From the NCBI GenBank assembly GCA_009914755.4, contig CP068257.2:8256001-8320000 (forward strand): DNA of 64,000 nt. Reading direction: 5' to 3'. The notes under the pieces are model-generated. The model searched no databases. It saw only the letters and a program-made list of their open reading frames with translations, and was not told the origin of the DNA. The position numbers and the translations under genes are program-made. The stretch is from the human T2T-CHM13v2.0 reference genome, Homo sapiens. Positions 36,501-50,300 of this stretch are shown here, in pieces. Each line of letters starts with the position of its first letter. Positions within the stretch are counted from its first letter, which is position 1.

Positions 36501-39500
36501 ATATCCAGTTGAAGTTTCTACAGAAAGAGAGATTCAAAACTGCTCAATCAAAAGATTGGTTCAACTCTGTGAGTTGAAAGCACACATCACAAAATAATTT
36601 CTCAGAATGCTTCTGTGTAGTATTTATGTGAAGATATTACCTTTTCCAAAATAGGCCTCAAATCCCTCCAAATATGCACCTGCAGATTCTACAAAAAGAG
36701 CGTTTCAAATCTGCTCAATCAAAATAAATGTTAAAATCTGTGTGGTGAATGCACAGATCAAAAAGAACTCTCTCAGAATGCGTACGTGTAGTTTTTATGT
36801 GAAGATATTTCCTTTTCCACAATAGGCCTCAAAGCTGTCCAAATATCCACTTGCAGATTCTACGAAAACAGTGTGTCAAAACTGCTCAATATTAAGATAG
36901 GTTCAACTCTGTGAGATGAATTCACACATCAGAAAGAAGTTTCTCAGAATGCTTCTGTGCAGTTTTTATAGGTAGATATTTCCTTTTCCACAATAGGCCA
37001 TAAAGTGCTCCAAATATCCACTTCCACTTGCAGATTCTACAAAAAGAGTGTTTCAAAACTGCTCAATCAAAAGATAGGTTCAACACTGTGAGTTGAATGC
37101 ACACATCAAAAATGAGTTTCTCAGAATGCTTCTGTGTAGTGTTTATGTGAAGATATTTCCTTTTCCAAAATAGGCCCCAAAGCCCTCCAAATATCCACTT
37201 GCAGATTCTACATAAAAAGTGTTACAAAACTGTTCAATCTAAAGAAAGGTTCAACTCTGTGTGATGAATGCACTCATCAGAAAGAAGTTTCTCAGAATGC
37301 TTCTCTGTAGTTTTTATGTGAAGATATATCCTTTTCCACAATAGGCCTCAAAGATTTCCAAATATCCACTTTCAGATTCTACAAAATAGTGTTTCAAAAC
37401 TGCTCAATCATAGTATAGGTTCAACTCTGTGAAAATAATGCACTCATCTCAAAGAAGTTTCTCAGAATGCTTCTGTGTAGTTTTTATATGAAGATATTTC
37501 CTTTTCCACCATAGGCTGAAAAGGGCTCAAAACATCCTCTTGCAGATTCTACAAAAAGAGAAATTCAAAACTGCTCAATCAAAAGATAGTTTCAACTTAG
37601 TGAGTTTAATGCACACTTAACAAAGGTGTTTCTCAGAATTCTTCTGTGTAGTTTTTATTTAAAGATATTTCCTTTTCCACAATAGGCCTCAAAGTGCTCC
37701 AAATGTCCACTTGCAGATTCTACAAAAAGAGTGTTTCAAAACTACTCAATCAAACGAAAAGTTCAACTCTGTGAGATTAAAGCACACATCACAAAGAAGT
37801 TTCTCAAAATGCCTTTGTGTAGTTTTTTTGTGAAGATGTTTTCTTTTCCACATTAGACCTGAAAACAATCCAAATATCCACCTGCAGATTCCACAAAATC
37901 ATTGTTTCAAAATTTCTCAATCAAAAGAAATCTTCAACTCTGTGAGATGAATGCACACATCACAAAGTAATTTCTCACAATGGCTCTGTGTAGTTTTTTT
38001 GTGAAGACATTTTCTTTTCCACAGTAGATCTGAAAGTGCTCCAAATATCCACTTGCTGATTCTACAAAAACAGTGTTTCAAAATTACTCAGTCAAAAGAA
38101 AGTTTCGACTCTGTGAGATGAATTCACATATTACAAAGAAGTTTCTCAGAGTGTTTCTGTGTAGTTTTTATGTGAAGATATTTCCTTTCCAACAAAAGGC
38201 ATCAAAGCTCTCCAAGAATCCACTTGCAGATTCTAGAAAGAGAGTGTAACAAAACTGCTCATTCATAAGATATGTTCAACACCGTGAGATGAATGTACAC
38301 ATTACTGAAGTTTCTCAGAATTCTTCTGTGTAGTTTATATTTGAAGATATTTCCTTTTCCCCCATGGGCTGCAAGGGCTCCAAATATACACTTTCAGATT
38401 CTACAAAAAGAGAGATTCAAAACTGCTCAATCAAAAGATAGGTTCAACTGTGTGAGTTGAATGCACATCACAAAGTAGTTTCTCAGAATGCCTCTGTGTA
38501 GTTTTTATGTGAAAATATTTTCTTTTTCAGAGTAAGCCTCAATTGCTCCAAATATCCACTTGCAGATGCTACAAAAACACTGTTTCAAAACTGCTCAATC
38601 AAAAGAAATGTTCAACTCTGTGAGAGGAATGCACATATCACAGGGAAGTTTCCCAGAAAGCTTCTGTTTAGTTTTTATGTGAAGATATTTCCTTTTCCAC
38701 AGTAGGCCTCATAATGCTCCAAGTATCCACTTACAGATTCTACAAAGAGAGTGTTTCAAAACTGCTCAATCAAAACATAAGTTCAACTCTGTGAGATGAA
38801 TGCACAGATCATGAAGAAGTTTCTCTGAATGCTTCTGTGTACCTTTTCTTTGAAGATATTTCCTTTTTATTCATAGGCCAGAAAGGCACCAAATATCCAG
38901 TTGCAGATTCTATGAAGAGAGATTCAATATTGCTCAATGAAAAGATAGGTTCAACTATGTGAGTTGAATGCACACATCACGAAGAAGTTTCTCAGAATGC
39001 CTCAGTGTAGTTCTTATGTGAAGATATTTGTTTTTCCACAGTAGGCCTCAAAGCACTCCGAATATCCACTTGCAGATTCTACGAAAACAGCGTTTCAAAA
39101 TTGCTCAATCAAAAGAAAATTTCAACACTGTGAGATGAATGCACACATCACAAAGTAGTTTCTCACAATTCCTCCGTGTAGAGTTTATTTAAAGATATTC
39201 CCTTTTCCACCATAGGCCAATAAGGTCTCTAAATATCCGGTTGAAGATTCTACGAAAACATTCAAAGCTGATCCATCAAGAGATTGGTTAAACTCTGTGA
39301 GCTGAATACACATATCACAAAGATGTTTCTCAGAATGCTTCTGTGTAGTCTTTATGTAAAAATATTTCCTTTTCCAAAATAGGCCTCAAAGCCCTGCAAG
39401 TATCCACCTGCAGATTCTACAAAAAGAGCGTTTCAAATCTGCTCAATCAAAAAAATGTTAAAATCTGTGTAATGAATGTACACATCATAAAGAAGTTTCT

Positions 39501-40460
39501 CAGAATGCCTACGTGTAGTTTTTATGTGAAGATATTTCCTTTTCCCCAATAGGCCTCAAAGCTGTCCAAATATCCACTTGCAGATTCTACAAAAAGAGTG
39601 TTTGAAAACTGCTCTATCAAAAGATAGTTTCAAAACTGCGAGTTGAATGTACATATCACAAAGAAGTTTCTCAGAATGTGTCTGTGTAGTTTTGATGTGA
39701 AGATATTTCCTTTTCCAAAATAGGCCTCAAAGTCCTCCAAATATCGACTTGCAGTTTCTACATAAAGAGTGTTACAAAACTGTTCAATCAAAAGGAAAGG
39801 TTCAACTCTGTGTGATGAATGCACTCATAACAAAAAGTTTCTCAGAATGCTTCTGTGTAGTTTTTATATGAAGTTATTTCCTTTTCCACAATATACCTAA
39901 AAGTGCTCCAAATATAAACTTGCAGATTCTACAAAAAGAGTGACTCAAAACTGTTCAATCAAAAGATAGGTTCAACTCTGAGTTGAATGCACACATCACA
40001 AAAAGTTTCTCAGAATGCTTCTGTGTAGTTGTTATGTGAAGATATTTCCTTTTCCACACTAGGTCTCAAAGCTCTCTAAATATCCACTTGCAGATTCTGC
40101 AATAAGAGAGATTCAGAACTGCTCCATCAAAATATAGGCTCAATTCTGTGAGTTGAATGCACATATCACAAAGATGTTTCTCAGAATTCTTTTGTGTAGT
40201 TTTTATGTGAAGATATTTCCTTTTCCGCAATTGGCCTCAAAGGTCTCCCAATATCCACTTGAACATACTTCAAAAAGAGAGATTCAAAACTGATCAATCA
40301 AAAGATAGGTTCGAGTCCATGAGTTGCATGAACGCCTCAAAAGGAAGTTTCTGAGAATGCTTCTGTGTAGTTTTTATGTGAAGATATTTGCTTTTCCTCA
40401 ATAGGCCTCAAAGCGCTCCAAATATCCACTTGCAGATTCTGCAAAAAGAGAGATTCAAAA

Positions 40461-40802
40461 CTGCTCAATCAAAAGATAAGTTCAACTCTGTTTGTTGAAT
40501 GCACACATAAATAAGAAGTTTCTCAGAATGCTTCTGTGTAGTTTTTATGTGAAGATATTTCCTTTTCCAAAAGAGGCCTCAAAGCCCTAAAAATATCCAC
40601 TTCCAGATTCTACAAAAAGAGTGTTTCAAAACTGCTCAATCAAAAGATAAGTTCAACTCTGTTTGTTGAATGCACACATAAATAAGAAGTTTCTCAGAAT
40701 GCTTCTGTGTAGTTTTTATGTGAAGATATTTCCTTTTCCAAAAGAGGCCTCAAAGCCCTAAAAATATCCACTTCCAGATTCTACAAAAAGAGTGTTTCAA
40801 AA
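40461..40802 (-). repeat. Near-perfect tandem duplication of a single 171-bp monomer.
   Basis: 40461-40631 and 40632-40802 are identical by eye: ctgctcaatcaaaagataagttcaactctgtttgttgaatgcacacataaataagaag..ccaaaagaggcctcaaagccctaaaaatatccacttccagattctacaaaaagagtgtttcaaaa. Confidence 0.9.
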
Positions 40803-41350
40803 CTGCTCAATCAAAAGAAAAGTTCAACTCTGTGTGATGAATGCACTCATCACAAAGAAGTTTCTCTGAATCCTTCTGTATAGTTTGTATTTGAAGATAT
40901 TTCCTTTTCCACCTTAGGGCGCAAGGGGCTCCAAATATCCCCTTGCAGATTCTACAGAAAGAGAGATTAAAAACTTCTCAATCAAAAGATAGGTTCAACA
41001 CTGTGAGTTAAATGTACTCATCACAACGAAGTTTCTCAGAATGCTTCTGTGTAGTTTTTATATGAAGATATTTCCGTTTCCACAATAGGACTCAAATCGC
41101 TCCAAATATCCACTTGCAGATTCTACAAAAGCAGTGTATCAAAACTGCTCAATCAAAAGAAAGGATCAACTCTGTGAGATGAATGCATACATCACAAAGT
41201 TTCTCAGAATGCTTCTGTGTAGTTTTTGTGTGAACATATTTCCTTTTCCACAATAGGCCTCAAAGTTCTCCAAATACCCACTTGCAGATTCTACAAAGAG
41301 TGTTTCAAAACTGCTCTATCAAAAGAAATGTTTAACTCTGTGACATGAAT

Positions 41351-44300
41351 GCACACATCACAAAGAATTTTCTCAGATTGCTTCTGCCTAGATTTTATAT
41401 GAAGATATTTCCTTTTCTAAAATAGGCCACAAAGCACTCCAAATATCCACTTGCAGATTCTACATAAAGAGTATTTCCAAACTGCTGAATCAAAAGAAAA
41501 GTTCAACTCTGTGAGATGAACGAACGCATCACAAAGCGTTTCTCAGAGTTCTTCTGTCTAGTTTTTATGTGAAGATATTTCCTTTTCCACCATAGGCCTG
41601 AAAGCGCTCCAAATGTCCACTTGCAAATTCTACAAAAAGAGAGTTTCAAAACTGCTTAAAAAAAGAATGTTCAAACTCCTTGAGATGAATGCACACATCA
41701 CAAAGAAGTTTCTCAGATTGCTTCTGTCTAGATTTTATGTGAAGACATTTCCTTTTCTACTATAGGCCGCAAAGCACTCCAAATGTCCACTTGCAGATTC
41801 TACAAAAAGAATGTTTCCAAACTGCTCAATCAAAAGAAAGGTTCTACACTGTAAGATGAATGAACACATCTCAAAGAAGTTTATCAGAATTCTTCTGTCT
41901 AGTTTTTATGTGAAGATATTCCCTTTTCCACCATAGTCTTCAAAGCACTCCAAATGTCCAGTTGTAGATTCTGCAAAAAGAGTTTCAAAACTGCTCAATC
42001 AAAAGAAAGGTTTAACTCTGTGAGATGAATGCACACATCACAAAGAAGATTTTCAGATTCCTTCTGTCTGGATTTTATGTGAAGATATTTCCTATTCTAC
42101 CAATGGAAATAAAGTGCTCCAAATGTGCACGTGCAGATTCTACAAAACGAGTGTTTCCAAACTGCTCAATCAAAAGAGAGGTACAACTCCGTGAGGTGAA
42201 CACACACATCACAGAGAAGTTTGTCATAATTCTTCTGTGTAGTTTTAAACTGAAGATATTTCCTTTTCCACCATAGGCCTCAAAACACTCCAAATGTCCT
42301 ATTGTAGAATCTACAAAAATAGAGTTTCAAAACTGCTCAATCAAACTAAAGGTTCAACTCTCTGAAATGAACGCATTCATCACAAAGAAGTTTCTCAGAA
42401 TTCTTCTGTCTAGTTTCTATGTGAAGATATTTGCTTTTACACCATAGGACTCAAAGCACTCCAAATGTCCACTTGAAGATTCCACGAAAAGAGTGTTTCC
42501 AAAATACTGAATCAAATGAGACGTTCAACTCTGTGAGATGAACGCACACATCATAAAGAAGTTTCTCAGAATTCTTCTGTCTAGTTTTTATGTGAAGATA
42601 CTTCCTTTTCTTCCATAGGAATCAAAGGGCTTCAAATGTCCCTTTGCAAATACTACAAATAGAGAGTTTCAAAACTGTGCAATCAACAGAAAGGTTTAAT
42701 TCTGTAAGACTAATGTACACATCATGAAGAAGTTTCTCAGATTGCTTCTTTCTAGATTTTATGTGAAGATATTTCCTTTTCTACCATAGGCTGCAAAGCG
42801 CTCCAATTGCAGATTCTACAAAAAAAGAGTTTCAACACAGTTCTATAAAAAGAAAGCTTTAAATCTATGAGATGAATGCATACATCACAATGAAGTTTCT
42901 CAGATTCCTTGTGTCTAGATTTTATGTGAAGATATTTCCTTTTCTGTGATAGGCCTCAAAGCACTCCAAATGTCCACTTTCATATTCTACAAAAAGAGGG
43001 TTTCCAAACTGCTCAATCTAAAGAAAGGTTCAACTCTGTGAGATGAACGCACACATCACAAAGAAGTCTGTCAGAATTCTCCTGTCTAGTTTTTATTTGA
43101 AGATAGTACCTTTTCCAGCATAGGCCTCAAAGCGATCTAAATGTCCACTTGCAGATTCTACAAAAACAGAGTTTCAAAACTGCTCAATCAAAAGAAAGTT
43201 TCAACTCTGTGAGATGAACGCACACATCACAAAGTAGTTTCTCAGAATGTTTCTATCTAGTTTTTATGTGAAGATATTTCCTTTTCCACCATAGGTCTCA
43301 AAGCGCTCCAAATGTTCACCTGCAGATTCTACAAAAAGAGTGTTTCTAAAATGCTCAATCCAAAGAAAGGTTCAAATATGTGAGATGAACGCACACATCA
43401 CAAACAAGTTTCTCAGAATGCTTCTAGATAGTTTTTATATGAAGATATTTCCTTTTCTACCATAGGACACAAAGTGCTCTGAATGTCCACCTGAAGATTC
43501 TACAAAAACAGTGTTTCCAAACTGCTCAATCAAAAGAAAGTTTCAACTCTGTGAGATGAAAGTACAAATCACAAAGAAGTTTCACAGAATTCTTCTATCT
43601 ACCTTTTATGGGAAGATATTTCCTTTTCCACCATAGGCCTCAAAGCACTCAAAATGTCCACTTGCAGATTCTACGAAAAGAGAGTTTCAAAATTGCTCAA
43701 TCAAAAGTAAGTTTTAACTCTGTGAGGTGAATGCACACATAACAAAGAAGTTTATCAGATTGCTTCTGTATAGATTTTATTTGAACATATTTCCTTTTCT
43801 ACCCTAAAGCACTCCAAATGTCCACTTGCAGGTTCTACAAAAAGAGTCTTTCCAAAATGCTCAATCAAAAGAAAGGTTCAACTCTGTGAGAGGAATACAC
43901 GCATCACAAAGAAGTTTCTCAGAATTCTTCTGTCTAGTTTTTATGTGTAGATATTTCCTTTTGTACCATAGGACTCAAAGGGCTCCAGTGGTCCCCATGC
44001 AGATTCTGCAAAAAAAGAGTTTCAAACTTCTCAATAAAAAGAAAGGTTTAACTCTGAGAGATGAATGCACACATCGCAAAGAAGTTTCTCAGACTCTTTC
44101 TCTCTAGATTTTATGTGAAGATATTTCCTTTTCTGCCATAGGCCACAAAGTGCTGCAAATGTTGTTTCAGATTTTACAAAAAGAATGTTTCCATACTGCT
44201 CAATCAAAAGAAAGGTTCAACTCTGTGAGATGAATGCACACAACACAAAGACATTTCTCAGAATTTTTCTGTCTAGTTTTTATGTGAAGATATTTCCTTT

Positions 44301-47300
44301 TGCACCATAGGCCTCAAAGCGCTCCAAATGTCCACTTGCAGATTCTACAAAAAGAGAGTTTCAAAACTGCTCAATCAAAAGCAAGTGTTAACTCTGTGAG
44401 ATGAATGCACACATAAAAAAGAAGTTTCTCAGATTACTTCTGTCTAGATTTTATGTGAAGATATTTCATTTTCTACCATAGGCTGCAAAGCGCTCCAATA
44501 TCCACTTGCAGATTCTTCAAAAAGAGATTTGCAAAACTGTTCAATCAAAAGAAAGTGTTAACTCTGTGAGATTAATGCACACATCACAAAAAAGTTTCTC
44601 AGATTGCTTCTGTCTAGATTTTATGTGAAGATATTTCCTTTTCTACCATAGGCTGCAAAGCACTCCAAATGCCCTCTTGCAGATTCTACAAAAAAAGTGT
44701 TTCCAAACTTCTTAATCAAAAGAAATGTTCAACTCTGTAAGATGAACGCACTCTTCACAAAGAAGTTTCTCAGAATTCTTCTGTCTAGTTTTCATGTGAA
44801 AATACTTCCTTTTCCACCATAGGGCTCAAGGCGCTTGAAATGTCCACTTGCGGGTTCTACAAAAAGCATATTTCAAAACTCGTCTTTCAAAAGAAAGGTT
44901 CAACTCTAGGAGATGAAAAAACACATTGCAAAGAAGTTTTTCAGAATGTTCCTATCTAGTATTTATGTGAAGATATTTCCTTTTCCACCATAGGCATCAA
45001 AGTGCTCCAAATGTCCACTTGCAACTTCTACTAAAGGAGGGTTTCAAGACTACTCAATCAAAAGAATGTTTTAACTCTGTGAGATGAATGCACACATCAT
45101 AAAGAAGTATCTCAGATTGTTTCTTTCTAGATTTTATGTGAAAATATTTCCTTTTCTAACTTAGGCCGTAAAGTCCTCCAAATGTCCACTTGCAGATTCT
45201 ACAAAAAGAGTGTTTCCAAACGGCTCAATCAAAAGAAACATTCACCTCTGTGAGATGAACACACACATCACAAAGATGTTTCTCAGAGTTCTTCTATCTA
45301 GTTTTTATGTGAAGATATTTCCTTTTCCACCATTGTCCTCAAAGCACTCCAAATGTCCACTTGCAGACTCTACAAAAAGAGAGTTTCAAAATTGCTCAAT
45401 CAAATCAAAGGTTTAACTCTGTGAGATGAATGCTCACATCACAAAGAAGTTTCTCAGATTGCTTCGGTCTAGATTTTATGTGAGAATATTTCCTTGTCTA
45501 CCATAGTCCGCAGAGAGCACAAAAAGTCCTCTTGCAGATTCTACTAAAAGAGTCTTTCCAAACTGTTCAACCAAAGGAAAGGTTAAACTATGTGAGATGA
45601 ATGCTCACATCACTAAGAAGTTTCTAAGATTGCTTCTGTCTAGATTTTATGTGAAGATATTTCTTTTTCTACCAAAGGCGGCAAAGTGCACAAAATAGCC
45701 ACTTGCAGATTCTGCAAAAAGAGTGTTTCAAAACTGCTCAATCAAAAGAAAGGTTCAGCTCCGTGAGAAGAACGCACACATCACAATGTAGATCCACAAA
45801 ATTCTTCTGTCTGGTTTTTATATAAACATATTTTGTTTTCCACCATAGGCTTCAAAGCGTTCCAAATGTCCACTTGCAGACTCGACAAAAAGAGAGATTC
45901 AAAACTGCTCAATCAAATAAAGGTTTAATTTTGGGAGATGCATGCACACATCACAAAGAAGTTTCTCAGATTGCTTCTGTCTACAATTTAGGTGAAGATA
46001 TTTCCTTTTTTACCAGAGGAAGCAAAGCGTTCCAAATGTCCACTTGCAGATTCTACAAAAAAGAGTGTTTCCAAACTGCTCAATCAAAAGAAAGGTTCAA
46101 TTCTGTGAGATGAATGCACACATCACAATGAAGTTTCTCAGAATTCTTCTGTCTAGTTTTTATGTGAAGATATTTCCTTTTCCACCATAGACCTCAAACC
46201 GCTCCAAGTGTCCACTTGCACATTCTACAAAAAGAGAGTTTCAAAACTGCCCTATCAAAAAAGAGGTTTAACTCTGTGAGATGAATGCACATAGCACAAA
46301 GTAGTTTCTCAGATTGCTTCTGTCTAGATTTTAAGTGAAGATGTTTCCTTTTTTACCATAGGCAGAAAAGCGTCCCAAATGTCCACTTGCAGATTGTACA
46401 AGAAGACTGCTCAATCAAAAGAAAGTTTCAACTCTGTGAGATGAACGCACACATCATAAAGTAGTTTCTCAGAATGTTTCTATCTAGTTTTTATGTGAAG
46501 ATATTTCCTTTTCCACCATAGGTCTCAAAGCGCTCCAAATGTTCACCTGCAGATTCTACAAAAAGAGTGTTTCTAAAATGCTCAATCCAAAGAAAGGTTC
46601 AAATATGTGAGATGAACGCACACATCACAAACAAGTTTCTCAGAATGCTTCTAGATAGTTTTTATATGAAGATATTTCCTTTTCTACCATAGGACACAAA
46701 GTGCTCTGAATGTCCACCTGAAGATTCTACAAAAACAGTGTTTCCAAACTGCTCAATCAAAAGAAAGATTCAACTCTGTAAGATGAACGCAGACGTCCTG
46801 AACAAGTTTCACAGAATTCTTCTGTCTAGTTTTTATGTGAAAATATTTCCTTTTCCACCTTAGGCCTCAAATTGCTCCAAAAAAAAAAAAAAAAACAGAC
46901 ATTAAAAAAAAAAAAAGATAGGTTCAACTCTGTGAGTTGAATGCACACATCACAAAGAAGTTTCTCAGATTGCTTCTGTCTAGATTTTATCTGAAGATAT
47001 TTCCTTTTCCATTAGAGGCTGCAAAGTGCTCCAAATATCCACTTGCAGATTCAACAAAAAGAGTTTTTCCAAACAGCTCTATCAAAAGAAACGTTCAACT
47101 CTGTGAGATGAATGCACACATCACAAAGAAGTTTATCAGACTGCTTTTGTCTACATTTTATGTGAAAATATTCCCTTTTCTAAAATGGGCCAAAAAGCCC
47201 TCCAAATGTCCACTTTCAGATTCCACAAAAAGAGTGTTTCAAAACTGCTCAATTAAATGTAAGATTCAATTCTGTGAGATGAATGAACACGTCACAAAGA

Positions 47301-50300
47301 AGTTTCTCAGAAATCTTCTGTCTAGTTTTTATGTGAAGATACTTCCTTTTCCACCATAAGCCTCAAGATGCTACAAATGTCCACTTGCAGATTCTACAAA
47401 AACCAGAGTTTCAAAACTTCTCAATCATAAGAAAGGTTCAACTCCATGAGATGAATGCACACATCAGAAAGAAGTTTCTGATTCCTTCTGTCTAGATTTC
47501 GTGGGAAGATATTTTCTTTTCTAACATGGGCCGCAAAGCGATCAAAATGTCCACTTGCAGACTCTACTAAAAGAGTGTTTCCAAACTGCTCAATCAAAAG
47601 AAAGGTTCAACTCTGTGAGATTAAATCACACATCACAAAGAAGTTTCTCAGAATTCTTTTGTCTAGTTTTTATGTGAAGATATTTCATTTTCGACCATAG
47701 GCCTCAAGGTGCTCGAAATGCCCACTTGCAGATACTACAAAAAGAATATTTCAAAACTGCTCAATCAAAAGAAAGGTTCAACTCTGTGAGATTAAATCAC
47801 ACATCACAAAGAAGCTTGTCAGAATTCTTCTATCTAGTTTTTATATGAAGATATTACCTTTTCCACCTTCGGCCTCAAAGCGCTCCACTACCAAATTCTA
47901 CAAAAAGAGAGTTTCAAAACTGCTCTATCAAAAGAAAGGTTTATCTCTGTGAGATGAATGCATACATCACAATGAAGTTTTTTCAGATTTCTTCTGTCTA
48001 GATTTTATGTGGAGATATTTCCTTTTCTACCATAGGCCACAAAGCAGTCCAAATATCCACTTGCAGATTGTACAAAAAGAGTGATTCCAAACTGCTCAAT
48101 CAAAATAAAGGTTCAACTCTGTGAGATAACTGCACGCATCACAAAGCAGTTTCTCAGAATTCTTCTGTATAGTTTTTATGTGAAGATATTTCATTTTCGA
48201 CCATAGGCCTCAAGGCACTCGAAATGCCCACTTGCAGATTCTACAAAAACAATATTTCAAAACTGGTCCATCAAAAGTAAGGTTCTACTCTGTGAGATGT
48301 ACACACACATCACAAAGAGGTGTTTCTGAATTTTTCTGTCCAGTTTTTATGTGAAGATATTACCTTTTCTACCATAGGACTCAAGGTGCTCCACTTGCAG
48401 ATTCTACAGAAAGAGAGTTTCAAAACAGCTCTATCAAAAGAAAGGTTTAATACTGTGAGATGAAAATATACATCATGGAGAAGTTTATCAGATTATTTCT
48501 GTTTAGATTTTGTGTGAAGATATTTCCTTTTTTACCAGAGTCCTCAAAGTGCTCCAAATATACACTTGCAGATTCTACAAAAAGAGTGTTTCTAAATAGC
48601 TCTATCAAAGGAAAGTTCAACTCTCTGAGATGAATGCACACATCGCAAAGAATTTTCTCAGAATTCTCTGTCTAGTTTTTACGTTCCTTTTCCACCATTG
48701 GCCTCAAAGCGCTATAAATGTCCACTTGAAGATTCTGCAAAAACGGAGTTTGAAAACTGCTCAATCAAAACAAAGTTTTAAATCTGTGAGATGAATGCAC
48801 ACATCACAAAGAAATTTCTCTGATTGCTTCTGTCTAGATGTTATGTGAAGATATTTGCTTTTCTACCATAGGCCACAAGGCACTCCCAATGTCCAATTGC
48901 AGTTTCTACAAAGAGTATTTACAAACTGCTCAATCAAAAGAAAGTTTCAACCCTGTTAGATGAATGCACACATCACAAAAAACTTTCTCAGAATTCTTCT
49001 GTCTACTTTTTATGTGAAGATATTTCCTTTTCTACCATAGGCCGCAAAACGCTCCAAATGTCCACTTGCAGATTCTACAAAAAGTGTTTCCAAACTGCTC
49101 AATCAAAAGAAAGTTTCAACTCTGTGAGATGAACGCACACATCACAAAGAAGTTTCTCAGGTTGCTTCTGTCTAGATTTTATGTGAAGATATTTCCTTTT
49201 CTTACATAGGCCAAAAAGCACTCCAAATGTCCACTTGCAGATCCTACAAAAAGAGAGTTTCAAAACTGCTCTGTCAAAAGAAAGGTTTAAATCTGTGAGA
49301 TGAATGCACACATCACAAAGAAGTTCCTCAGGTTGCTTCTGTCTAGTATTTATGTGAAGATATTTCCTTTTCTACCATGGGCTGCAAAGTAATCTAAATG
49401 TCTACTTGCACATTCCACAAAAAGTGAGTTTCAAATCTGCACTATCAAAAGAAAAAGTTTAACTCTGAGAGATGAATGCCCACATCACAAAGAAGTTTCT
49501 CAGATGGCTTCTGTCTAGATTTTATATAAAGATATTTCCTTTTCTACAATAAGCCACAAAGCGCTCCAAATGTCCACTTGCAGATACTACAAAAAGAGTG
49601 TTTCCATACTGCTCAATCGAAAGAAAATTTCAACTCTGTAAGATGAACGCACACCTCACGAAGTAGTTTCTGAAATTTCTTCTGTATAGGTTTTATGTGA
49701 AGATATTTCGTTTTCCACCATAGGCCTCAAGGCATTTCAAATATACAGTTGCAGATTCTACAATAAGGGAGTTTCAAAACTGCTCAATCATAAGTAAGGT
49801 TTAACTCTGTGAGATGAACACACACGTCACAAAGAAGTTTCTCAGATTGCTTCTGTCAATATTTTATGTGAAGATTTTTCCTTTTCTACCATAGGCCGCA
49901 AAGCTCTCCAAATGTCCACTAGCAGATTCTACAAAAAGAGTGTTTCCAAACTGCTCAATCAAAAGAAAGTTTCAACTCTGTGAGATGAATGCTCTACCTT
50001 ACAAAGGAGTTTCTCAGAATTCTTCTGCCTGGTTTTTATGTGAAGATATTTCTTTTTCCACAATAGGCTTCTAAGTGCTCCAAATGTCCACTTTCATATT
50101 CTACAAAAAGAGAGTTTCAAAACTCCTCAATCAAAAGAAAGCTTTACCTCTTTGAGTTGAATGCTCACATCACAAAGAAGTTTCTCAGATTGCTTCTGTC
50201 TAGATTTTATTTGAAGATATTTCCTTTTCTGCCATAGGCCACAAAGTTCTCCAAATGTCCACTTGCAGATTCTACAAAAAGAGTGTTTCCTTACTGCTCA

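Larger units (their letters stand above)
24489..41350 (-). repeat. Alpha satellite of divergent monomers in the same orientation as the block before L1#1. HOR-like tandem units and other local duplications are embedded.
   Basis: Same monomer structure as 1-18324. The satellite resumes in phase after L1#1. Confidence 0.95.
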
